A DNA stretch of 64,000 nucleotides from Felis catus (Eukaryota), in the NCBI RefSeq assembly GCF_018350175.1, contig NC_058372.1:32054001-32118000 (forward strand), in the 5' to 3' direction. This document shows, piece by piece, positions 15,601 to 26,500 of this stretch. The translations under genes were made by a program, and so were the position numbers. How positions within the stretch are numbered: the stretch's first letter is position 1; the number at the start of each line of letters is the position of its first letter. The notes below the pieces were generated by a model that saw only the letters and a program-made list of their open reading frames with translations, was not told the origin of the DNA and did not search any database.

Positions 15601-18600
15601 AAAAATGGTTGAAGCATATCTCTCGGCCCCTAAGGTACAACTACGGGAGGGCAAGGGGGTCTGAGCATCTGGAAAGTTTTTATAAGTTGGGGACTACTGG
15701 GCTATTCCTTTTCCAGACTTTTAAAAAAAAAAATTTTTTTTTAACGTTTATTTTTGAGAGAGCATGCAAGCATGCAACTGGAGGGGCAGAGACAGACAGA
15801 GACACAGAATCCAAAGCAGGCTCCAGGGTCTGAGCTGTCAGCACAGACCCTGATGCGGGGCTCGAACTTGCAAATTGTGAGATCATGACCTGAGCTAGGG
15901 TCAGACGCTTAGTGACTGAACCACCTAGGTGGCACCCCTCCCCCCCCCTTTTTTTTACAGACTTTCTTTGAAACCATTTGAAAATAAAGTGATGGAGTTC
16001 ACATTTCATGTACAAGATTCCGGAGCAGCAGTGTAAAAGAAGGAAAGCAGATTAGTCTGCCAGCAGCACCCGGGACTTGCCAGCAGGAGGAACAATCAGA
16101 GGCTGGAAAGTGTCTGTGAATATCACATGTGTTCAATAGGAGGCAGCAAGAATGGACAGAAATGGACCTCAGAGAGGCCCTTGAGGGGAAAGCAGCCAGG
16201 ACCTCAAAGGGGAGCATGGGCAGTAATGAAAGGATGCCACCAAAACAAGCAGTAGAGCCTGGGCACCCAGAAAGCACCCAATCAACAGCAATTTGGTTCC
16301 TGCCCTTACTGACGGCTGAAGATCACAGGGCAATGGAGCTAGCTGGAGGTGTCCAGTCAAATTCTGGGTGACTGGAAAGTGTGGCAGAAAAGGAGCAAGC
16401 CTGGAGGAACTCTGGAGAGTGGGGTGACCTATCCCGCGATGGACACATTAAATCTGGGGCAACAGAAGACAACTTAGTAGGAACTAAGCGTGTCTCCTGG
16501 CTAATCGTTTCCGTCAACCACAGTCCCGTTTCTGAACATAAAGTAGAATACTGCCCCATGACAGGCTCAACAGCCCATTCACCCTTGTACCCCCAGAACC
16601 TCAGCACAGAGCCTAGTCCGCAGCAGGTGCCCAGTGAGTGCCTGACAATGAAAGGAATTAAGAGGAACATCCACTGGTCCCATTAGAGGGAACTCATGCG
16701 GAAAACAGTACACCAGGTCCACACATATGTACGCATCAGACAGCACAGCTGGGCAGCTGCAAACTCTCAGGAGAGGTAGCAATTCGAAGCAGGCCCCCTA
16801 CTCCTACCCCTCACATCACCAGCCAGAACTCAAGAGAACGATCATCTTCAAGGATGCCAGTGGTGAAAGCCAGTGCTCCGTACTCCCTGGGCACCACGCT
16901 AAACCCTACAGGCTTTAACTCGTGTTGACACGGGCCGCCTGTGACAGCCTATGAACTAAGCCCAGGGCTTGGCAAACTACAGCCCATGCACCAAACAAAT
17001 CCAGCCCACCACCTGCTTCTGTACAGCCCTGGAGCTCCAAATGGTTTTTACATTTTTAAGTAGTAGGAAAAAATAAAAAATCTTTTGAAACAGGTGAAAG
17101 TTACAGGAGATTCAAATTTCAGTGTCTGCAAAGTAAGTTTTACTGGAGCACAACCACATGCTTTCATTGGCTTCTTCTGGGGCTGCTTCTGCACCACAAG
17201 AGCACAGGAGAGTGGTCAACACCAACACCACATATGGCATCTCATCTCTGCACCACTGTGGGCACACCACAACTCACAAGGACACCATTATAACTGGACA
17301 AGGTTTCAAGCGCCACCTATCTCACGATCTGTGTGAAAGAGGTTTTCAAAGACAAATAGGTAAAATCTCTTCCCAGATCAATGCTAACAAGCATTTGCAA
17401 ATGAGTTTGATGATTTAGAATACTGTAACTTTTAACCTTAACTGAGCAAAATGTTATCCTCAAAAAGAGGAATCCAGTTCTTCCCATCAAACCTGTATTA
17501 CAAAAATGCTATATTCAATTATTATATTCTAAGTTTTATTGCCTAAAAATTTGTGACGCTTTGTTTTCTCTTAAGTACCTACATAACATGCTCGAATTTC
17601 CCTCTAGGCTAGCAAAACCTAAAGTCTTTCTATTTGGCTCTTTACAGAAAAAGCTTCCTGCCGCTTGAGCTAGATACTCATCCCCACTCTTGGGGTGATG
17701 AAAGAGTGTGTGGCACACAGAGGTTATGGAGTGTGCCCATGCTTACGTGGCCCATCAGTGGCTAACACCAGGATTTAAACCTGGGCAGCTTGACTGCAAG
17801 TCTATGCTCCTAAAGGCATACTGCTTTCTATACTCTTCTACCCAGCGGCGACCTCCCCAACACCTCATGACCAAACAAGTGACTTACGTGCCTGTAGAAT
17901 CTACTGCCACAGCCCGGACCCCTCCACGATGACAGAGAATCTTTGCCAGTGGCTCCTTCATGGCTGGACTCCATAAGGACACAGTCCCTGGATGTGAGAG
18001 AAGAGGAGCTGAAGTTATCAACAGGCGCTAAGGGGATTATACCTGGGAAAGATGGGGTCTCAAGGCCAACAGGTATCAAGAGAGAGGAATAGGGGCTATC
18101 TAAAGGGATGTGCAAAGTGCAAATATAGAAGCAAAGCAGGTCAGGATGATCAAAGAGTCAAAGCTCAGTTAGAGACCAACCGTTGCTGTGTCCGAGATGG
18201 ATAACGGCATTGTAAGGGTTCTTAGTCATGACATCCAGCCGTCCAGCCCGAGCATTCAGAGCTGCCACGATCTTTCCCACTGACACATCCAGGTAGGTCA
18301 GAAACCCTGTCTCTGACTGAGAGAAAGAGAGAGATCAAAATGAGTCCTGATTGCCCTCTGTCCTTCTAGTGGGATCCCAGAGAAGAAGCAGTCTTCTCAA
18401 GGGCTGCCGCCCAGTCCCCGTGTTCCATTGCCACTCACGGCCGTGGCCAGAAGGAAGTGAAAAGGCAGGAACTCAAGCCGCGTGACACGGTCACAGCGGC
18501 GGATACAGTGGAGCTCGATGCCCTGGTTGTCATAAATGTGAAGCCAACGATTCTGAGCGACGGCAAACAGTGCCTCTGAATGCAGAAACCTGGGAGGAAG

Positions 18601-19152
18601 GCAAGAGTGGTTCAGTGGGATGGGCTCAAGGGACCGTCATTCAATCGAGAATGGGATGCCTCGCCCCCCCCCACTGACCGGATGTCCCGCACTGCCTCCA
18701 TGACGTTGATCTCGCACATGAGCCTCTTTGTTACCCAGTCAAGGGTGGCCACATGACCCCGGCGCCCTCCAAAAGCCAGGTGTCTGTTAGAGGTGGGGAA
18801 CAGGCAGTGTCAGTGCAGGGAAGCACCGTGACTCAGACCATCTGAGGTATGCCCCACACCAGCCCCACCTCTCCAATGAGACATTTTACATGCTCAACCT
18901 CACATGCAAGCAAATCACAGGACCACCCCCCCCTCCCCCAACCACCATCATCGGCCTAAACATACACTGGCCTGGCTGAGGTGAACATGGCTGAAGTGTT
19001 TAAGCAGATGCAACCATATCCTAGTTCAAGAGTCACTGACATCCAGCCTTACCTTCCAGTTCGGGAGTAATTCAGTCTGTAGGGTCCAAACTGCCGCAAG
19101 TTCAAATCAAAGTGCTAGGAAAGGGAATATCATTAAAAAAAGGGGGGGGGGG

Positions 19153-19184
<32 letters not shown>

Positions 19185-20331
19185 AAGTCAAGAAATAACT
19201 GGCTCCTTTCAATAATTCCCTCTTGTAGTCCCCACTTCCGTCTTGCTCTGCACCACCAATGTAGCCAGTAGCCCCTTTTCCAATCTCAGACTCACCTTGG
19301 CTGCACTTGCAATATCCACAGCCTCCACAATGTCCACCTGGCGTATCTTTGCCGTGTCCTCCCCATCCTCCCCTTCCAGAAACCTAGAGTGAGTATTAGC
19401 AGTAAAACTTCCTAATATGAAGTGGGTGTACCAGCGTGAAAATGATAAGGGACAGCCCCATAAAGCAGGGCCTGGGGAGGCCCACACGAGAGTCCACTTA
19501 CCCGGGTTCCTCAGCCAGAAGCAGCTCAGAGCGAGCAGCTTTAATGCTTATTTCCTGTTCCTCAGCTTCAGCCACTTCAAGTCGGCTTCGGGTTTTGGAT
19601 TTCGAATGCGGCAGCTATAATATCGTTGGTGGCGGAGAGGTGAGAGAAGAACTGGACATTATGTAGGATTCCGCGAGAGCCACACAGCCCCCCTCCATTC
19701 CCACTCATATACTCTCGGGCTGCAACCCTTCCCCACTCTCTGGCTGGTCCTCACCTTTTTGGATTTGTCAATGCGACAGAACTTCTGAGCCACCTCCACA
19801 GGGACGGGGGCAGGGCCTGGAAATGGATCCTGGGCCTGGGGAAGGAGGTAATAATTAGAAGACAGGCTAGGGCTGACCCCCAACCCTCGCACGCATAAAG
19901 TACAAGGCGACTTGCCCCACCACCTTATCAGGTCCCAGGCTCACCCCGGACAAACTCCGCTGAGGCTCCGGATTCCTCCGCTCTCGGGGTTTCTTCGGGA
20001 GCTGAGGCTTTCTGGAGAACCGAGACTTTTTTGGGATGTTAGTGTTCTTTGGCCTCTGGTGGCGGAGCTCACGATTCCTTTTCTTGTTACCAGGGGGCCC
20101 CGGAGAAGCTCCGGCAGCGGTCAGAGTGGTTTCTTCCTCCCAGTACCTCCGGGGTTTCTACGGGCAGAGCAGGAGCTCTTAACACTCCGCAGCCCGCGCC
20201 GCGTCCCGCCCCCCGCGACCCCACAGCTAAAAACTTCTCTTCCACCCCAGGGAGGTCTCTACCTTCTTCTTGGCCTGAAGTCTGTTCTTCTTGGGCGGGA
20301 CATCTCTGCTCGGTTTGGGGACTGTCTCCAT
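12682..20331 (-). CDS. WDR46: WD repeat-containing protein 46 (UTP7/BING4), 15 exons, about 612 aa
   Basis: Exons 20331-20263, 20157-19945, 19835-19755, 19614-19502, 19383-19296, 19114-19053, 18783-18679, 18589-18439, 18316-18181, 17987-17888, 13962-13649, 13504-13410, 13235-13140, 12991-12878, 12783-12682. Total 1839 nt, in frame, all GT-AG. BING4CT motif [12 protein letters not shown]...[12 protein letters not shown]; ATTAAA at 12539-12534. Confidence 0.97.
14181..14360 (-). mobile_element. CAN-SINE
   Basis: Reverse SINE with TSD TTAGTGTCT (14162/14362). Confidence 0.85.
15734..15938 (-). mobile_element. CAN-SINE
   Basis: gagacacagaatccaaagcaggctcc...gagatcatgacctgagc. Confidence 0.88.
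16963..17670. mobile_element. MER58-like hAT-Charlie DNA transposon relic
   Basis: 5' cagggcttggcaaactacagccc...aaatccagccc; 3' tatttggctctttacagaaaaag. Confidence 0.65.
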
Positions 20332-20334
20332 CTA

Positions 20335-21150
20335 GCCCACCCGAACGACGATCCACGTGCAAAACTCCTCTCAGCTGTCCCACAGTCGGCTTGGAAACTC
20401 CCGGAAGTCGGCCGGCCCTCATCCAATCAGCGCCGTACCAGATCTGAAGCTTTCTAAGCGCCATCTTAAATGAGGGCTCTTGCGTGCGCGCTCTNNNNNN
20501 NNNNNNNNNNNNNNNNNNNNNNNNNNNNNNNNNNNNNNNNNNNNNNNNNNNNNNNNNNNNNNNNNNNNNNNNNNNNNNNNNNNNNNNNNNNNNNNNNNNN
20601 NNNNNNNNNNNNNNNNNNNNNNNNNNNNNNNNNNNNNNNNNNNNNNNNNNNNGGCCCCGCCATCTGGAGCAGCAGCTTATGCCCGAGTAATGAATGAAAG
20701 GTAGTCTGAGGCTGAGGCCCAAGAAACAATAGTTTCTCTTTCCGGCTTCGTTTCCCCATCTTGCCTAAACCTTCCCGAGTCCAGTCTTTTTTGGCGGAAC
20801 ACCATTCATTAAACCTGCCCAAACTACAGTTCCCGACATGCGTAGGAGGACAACTTCCGGCACCCTCTTTTCCCAGCATCCTTTGTTTACTTCCAGGTTT
20901 AGTAATAGTGAAGGGAGAACGTGAGTAGGGCTGGGTTACGGTTGAGGGGTTTGGGGGTCTTAGCCTCAGCCGCCTCCCCCTGGGACCGGGATAGAGTGGC
21001 TCTGCGGGACGGGGAGAGGCTGCGGCGCCCCGGGAGGGTGTCTCTCAACAGTGCTGTCATTTCCGCAGGCCAGGCCAGAAAGGGGAGCTTGAGTACCTCC
21101 CAGAGTGAGACCCTGCGCCCCTCTCCCGCTCCCCGCAGGCCTTCGTCCCC
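20335..21150. promoter_or_regulatory. Bidirectional WDR46/PFDN6 CpG-island promoter (partly gapped)
   Basis: CCGGAAGT 20401, CCAAT 20423, YY1-like GCGCCATCTT 20458, ZNF143 motif AAACTACAGTTCCCGACATGC 20821-20841, ACTTCCGG near 20853. Confidence 0.85.
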
Positions 21151-21153
21151 GCC

Positions 21154-22121
21154 ATGGCTGAGCTAATCCAGAAGAAGCTACAGGGAGAAGTGGAGAAATA
21201 TCAGCAGCTACAGAAGGGTAAGGGAGCAGGGTCGGTGTGGCCTCGCCCCAATCCCTTCACTCACAGTCCAGAGCCAAACTAAGATAATGTTTCTGCCCGA
21301 GTCCCTGCGGGCAGCTCCTTCCCCCATCTCAGTGTTCTTCCCCACCCACTGACCAGCCGCCTCGTCCTTGCCTACTTCCTCAGCTCCATTTTGTTCTCTC
21401 CAGCATTGGGGTCAGGCGGCACATTTGATGTTGCTAATCAAACCTTTCCCCCCCAACCCCCAGACTTGAGTAAATCCATGTCAGGGCGGCAGAAGCTTGA
21501 GGCGCAACTAACAGAAAATAATATTGTGAAGGAGGTGAGAGAGGGATTTGCGGGGCGGGGTGGGGGGGGGGGCGGCGAGGAAGGACCTATACTGGCAGTG
21601 ATTGATCATTTATGTCCCATCCCTCCACCAGGAACTGGCCCTGCTAGATGGGTCCAACGTGGTCTTTAAACTTCTGGGTCCTGTGCTGGTCAAACAGGAG
21701 CTGGGAGAGGCTCGCGCCACAGTGGGGAAGAGGCTGGACTATATCACAGCTGAAATGTGAGTCTTTCTTCCACCAGCCTGCAATGCACCCGACAGGGCTG
21801 GGGGAGAGGTGTTCCAAAACCATTATAGTGTAGCTCCAGAGTACCCCCCTCCCCCCGGTTGTCCAGTTCCTCCAAACCCTCCCCCAGATCTCAAAGTTAC
21901 TCCCCATCAATCTCTTCCTTGCTTTCATCACCTTCCTTAGTAAGTCCCATTAATTTCTCCTTATTTGCTTGTCTCTCTTGCCTCTCTTCAGTAAGCGATA
22001 TGAATCACAGCTCCGCGACCTCGAACGGCAGTCAGAGCAACAGAGGGAGACCCTGGCTCAGCTGCAGCAGGAGTTCCAGCGGGCCCAGGCAGCCAAGGCA
22101 GGGGCTTCTGGGAAGGCCTGA
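21154..22121 (+). CDS. PFDN6: Prefoldin subunit 6 (KE2), 129 aa
   Basis: Exons 21154-21217, 21464-21534, 21632-21756, 21992-22121 total 390 nt; MAELIQKKLQGEVEKYQQLQKDLSKSMSGRQKLEAQLTEN...; AATAAA 22184-22189. Confidence 0.98.
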
Positions 22122-23525
22122 CCCCGTGGTGGGGGGAGGGGGAGGGGAGGGAATGAGGCAGCTCTAGGGTCTATACTGTAGCTAATAAAATGTGAAAACA
22201 CCTGGCTGTTTTCTGACCAGCCACTTCTGTCATAATTGTCTCCCATCCGTCCCCCGGGCCCCTTTCACTTTATATATACACCACCTATATTACTCCCTCA
22301 GGTCCCAAATTCTTGTAACTGGAATCTCTCTGTGGCAGAGTAATCCTTTCTTCTTTCTTGAGAGTAAAATCTGAAATGTCTCAAACCTACTTCTTGCCTG
22401 TATGTGCAACGCTGAATTCTCCCTTATCTTGGGTGGCAAACCCCTTTAAGAAACACGGGAAGGGAAGGGCATTTGCATCACAACAGTTGTTGGGAATGTC
22501 AGTTCAATTGCCGGACTCACAGTAATCTAAACTGAGACCGCAGGGTGAAATGTGGTGACCCTCCTTGCTATGATTTCTTGCCATCTTCCAAATAGCCCTG
22601 GCATCTCTCGTCAGTCTCTTTCTGGAATGTGTTTGAATGTAGCTTAGACGGATTTGAAATCCCAACATGGAATGCTCCAAGTTTAGACAGTATCCACAGA
22701 GTTGTTCTTCCTTTTCTTTGTCCTAAAATTGTTTCTTACAAATTTTCAACCGGGGGTTGTCCTTCATATGGATCACTTTAATTGAGTGGGTGGTACTTGA
22801 CATGGGTCTGTGACAACTGCGGAGAAAAACTTAAGAGCAAATAAAAGGACTGGGGTGGAGGGGTTGCTGGGGAGCAATTTCCTCACAAAAACTTGTGAGG
22901 AAACTGTTTTCACCAACACCTCACTTTCAGCAATGGGATAGAAATGGGGAGAAAACAATGGCCTCCTTCTTGTTACTTGGCGTCTACCTTCAGCCAACTC
23001 TCTACCCCCACTCCCAGCAGCTAGACCATACACACTGCAACGACAAGGGAGTAGAATTTACGTAGTGTTTTGGTTTATTATCTTAGTGTTGTCACAGTGA
23101 CAGGAAACCCCACAGTAGGAAAAAGAACTCCTACTAGAACCTACTTCTTGCCATCCCCTCTCCCCAGGGCTCAGAGCCTCTAGGCTTTTCTTCTCTCCCT
23201 CCTTGCAGGCCTTTCCTTGGCCCTTGGCATGCTAGCATGTGGCCAGGAATCAGAAACCGATTCCATTTTCTACCACTAGCTGTGTGCCGCATTCATGGAA
23301 AGTAGGGAGCTACACACAGGTATCCAACTTGGTTACCAAGATTACCAGTTCCCCCAAAGCTGAATCTCTCAGCCGTCTGGTAAACCAGTGGCACTTCACT
23401 GCCCCAGGGTGGTTGGCCACCTTTCTGGGTTTCTTCCCAGTGCAATATGACTGCCACCTTTCAGGATGGCTACCCACATCTGCTATGGCCACCATGAGTT
23501 CTGTTGTGCCAGCAGGGCTTCCTCC

Positions 23526-26500
23526 TCAGAACAGTGCCCGGGCAATCTTCCTCCCTGTGGCCTTGATCCTGGGAAAGGAACCCCCTCCTCCCTCACTTGG
23601 GGGAGTTCCTGAGGCAGAGGGGCTGCTGGTGAGACCCAGTGTAGCAAGAGAGGGCCTTCGCCGCTGCCGTAGGAGGAAATCGTGCGAAGCTCCATCCATA
23701 GCGTAGAAGACGTTAGCCGAGGGTGGGATGGTCAGCTCTGTGTGTTCAGAGAGGGAGTGTCGAGAACAAACATGGTCATTCCCCCCACAACCACCTGGCT
23801 GTGGACGCCTTCCCACTGCTGGGCATCCCTCTCCGCCCAAATCTGACTTCCTTCATGGCCTCTCACCTCGCTCCCCCGGTAGCAGCTGCACTAGCTCATA
23901 CTCCGAAGCCACTGCAGAATCACGATTGTTTTTTTTAAGGACACGACTGATGACACTCGGAGCCTTGTCCTGGCTTGTCACCTGGCAGGACAGAGACCAA
24001 AAGGACAATAAATTGGCCATCACCTCTGCTTTCTAGCCTTTCAGTTCTAACCACTGATCCCAACCAAAAATGGTTACCGGTGTCAAACACTTTAGAATGA
24101 ACAGGGAAACCCTATACGGTGGTTCCCTGTACCGCACAAGCCTATACTCCATGGTGTCCAGTGAAATAGGGCTGCTTCCCTATGACAAAACTGCTGTTGG
24201 TTCTGAAAATCTAATATGGCCACCAAAATTCAAGGTGCAGCAGCTAATGCAAAGTAGCCTTTAAAATAAAACAGCTGCCATAACCTTGGGGAGCCTGGGT
24301 GACTCAGTCAGTTAAGCATCCGACTCCTGGTTTCAGCTCAGGTCATGATCTCACGGCTCTTGAGATCAAGCCCCGAGCTGGGCTCCGCACTGACAGCATG
24401 GAGCCTGCTCGGGATGCCCTCTCTCTCTCCCTCTCTCTCCCTCCCTCCCTCTGTCCCTTCCCCACTTATGTGCGCACACTCTCTCTGTCCCTCTCAAGGT
24501 AAATAAACAAACTTAAAAAAATAAGAAAACAGCTGCCATAACCAAAGGTCAGAATTAAAACTAGAATCATCCTCTTCTTGGCTATTCAAACCTAAGACAA
24601 CACCTGTAGCCCCACAAGGCATCATCCTTCACCCCTACCCCCAGCCCACAGCTTCCTCACCAAGATGCTCTTGTAGACACTACCATCTTCCCCCAGCTCC
24701 ATCTGGACTCGGATGATTCGGCAATCAGAGGCCCCTGGCCCAGGCCCCCCTCCCCCACATCCAGTCCCCCTGGAGGCCCCCTCTGCACCCCCACTGAGTG
24801 GGGAGCCACAGGAGGCGGAGCGGCGGTGACCTCGAGAAGGCCTGGGAGAGGACGCTGGGGGAGAGAGGTGGCTGGGGTCAGCCGGACTGTGCAAAGATGG
24901 AGTGCTTTCCAGGGCAGAGTCCAGAGATGAGACAGACGGCCACTTCATGTGCTGGGGACAAACAACATGGGGGACTGGCATGAAGGCAGAGAAGTCAAGC
25001 AAGAAACATTCACAAGGGCAGGTTCAGTGTTGAGTCAGAGGTCAACAGGAACAGGGCTCACCTGGGCCAGCCGCGTCAGCAGAGGGGCAGGGGCTCCAGG
25101 TACGTCACCTCCCCCGACGCTGGGCCGGTCCCAGGAGACAAGAGGGGTGGGACCTCCAACAGAGCCCAGAACCCTGGAGTGGCAAGAGACGGGGAGGGTC
25201 AGAAGAAGAAGGACTCTTCTCCCAAGTAGCTTCCCCAAGATGCTACCCCCCTACCCGCGGACTCCCTCACTCTGTCCACTGTGAGATGACCAGCGTTGGC
25301 CGAAGCACCCGTGGGGCAGGAGGGTCACTGGTACCAGGTGGCTCCACCTCACAGGACACTCGATGGCTATGAAGGGGGGGAAATGGGCAGAAGTCAGGAC
25401 GTGACACACCGATCCCCACACTCAACCCCAGCCCTGGAGTCCCAACCTTGCCCAGCCAGTCACCTCTGAGCCTCTGTCAGTGGCCGGAGCCCCTGTAGCC
25501 ACCGCTGAATATCAGGGTCAGGTCGGAGGTCATAGCCACGACATTCGTTCTGGAGCCGCCGCAGTTCCGAAAGGACAGCAAACTCCTAGGAAGGAGCCCA
25601 CAGTCTGCAGGAGCCAAAACTCAGGGACCCCCGACTTTCCCCATCTCCCTCCCCTTCCTGGGACATGACTAGAGATGTCTAGCATCTGGCCCATGCACTC
25701 CCCTCACCTTCCTCCGCTTGTCAAAATTGATGTATCCGTTCTGCAAAAATAATGGGGATGGGGTGAAGCCCAACCCTGCCACAGAGAGACTACCCCTTTC
25801 CAAGCACATACACATCCACATTCAACTCACACACACTTCGTTCACTAGGCCTCTGACTCCTCCGTCCTTTCCCTGGCTCCCCCTCACTTCCGTCATGCCC
25901 TAAGCCCCCTACTTTACCCTTGAAATTGAATGGTCACAGGTAGAAAGGGTGTCCATTTCATAGATGAGAAAATCAGGGCTCAGAGAGAATGAGGAACTTG
26001 CCCAAGATCTCAATGTTTGTTTATTTAACAAATGCTACATATGCTTACACTTAGGGCATGTTCTAAGCACTTGCCAAACATTAATTCACTTAATCCTCAT
26101 AATAACAGACTGACATAGACACTGTCACTGGTTTCCTGTTTACAGATCACTAGGCACAAAGAAGTCAAGCAACTTGCCCAAGTAACAGAACCAGAATTCT
26201 GGCAATCTGGCTCGAGCCCTGGAGTTCAAGCGCTAACACCCCACGGCACCTTTCTGGAAGGTCTGTCTGGCCCTGAGGCCCATTTGTTCCCTCATCACAA
26301 TGCACACATTAACACACACACCACCGACCTCCAGCTCATCCTTGGAGGCTGCATCCAGCATCACCAGGTCCTTCAAGAAGGTGCCAAGATATGGGACCAC
26401 ACCCTGAGGTCAGAGGTCAGGATTAGACCCCCCGCCCCTGATCTGAGGGCTCTCCATTGCTCTGCACTTTCCTATCCCATTGTCTTGAAGGACAAATTTA

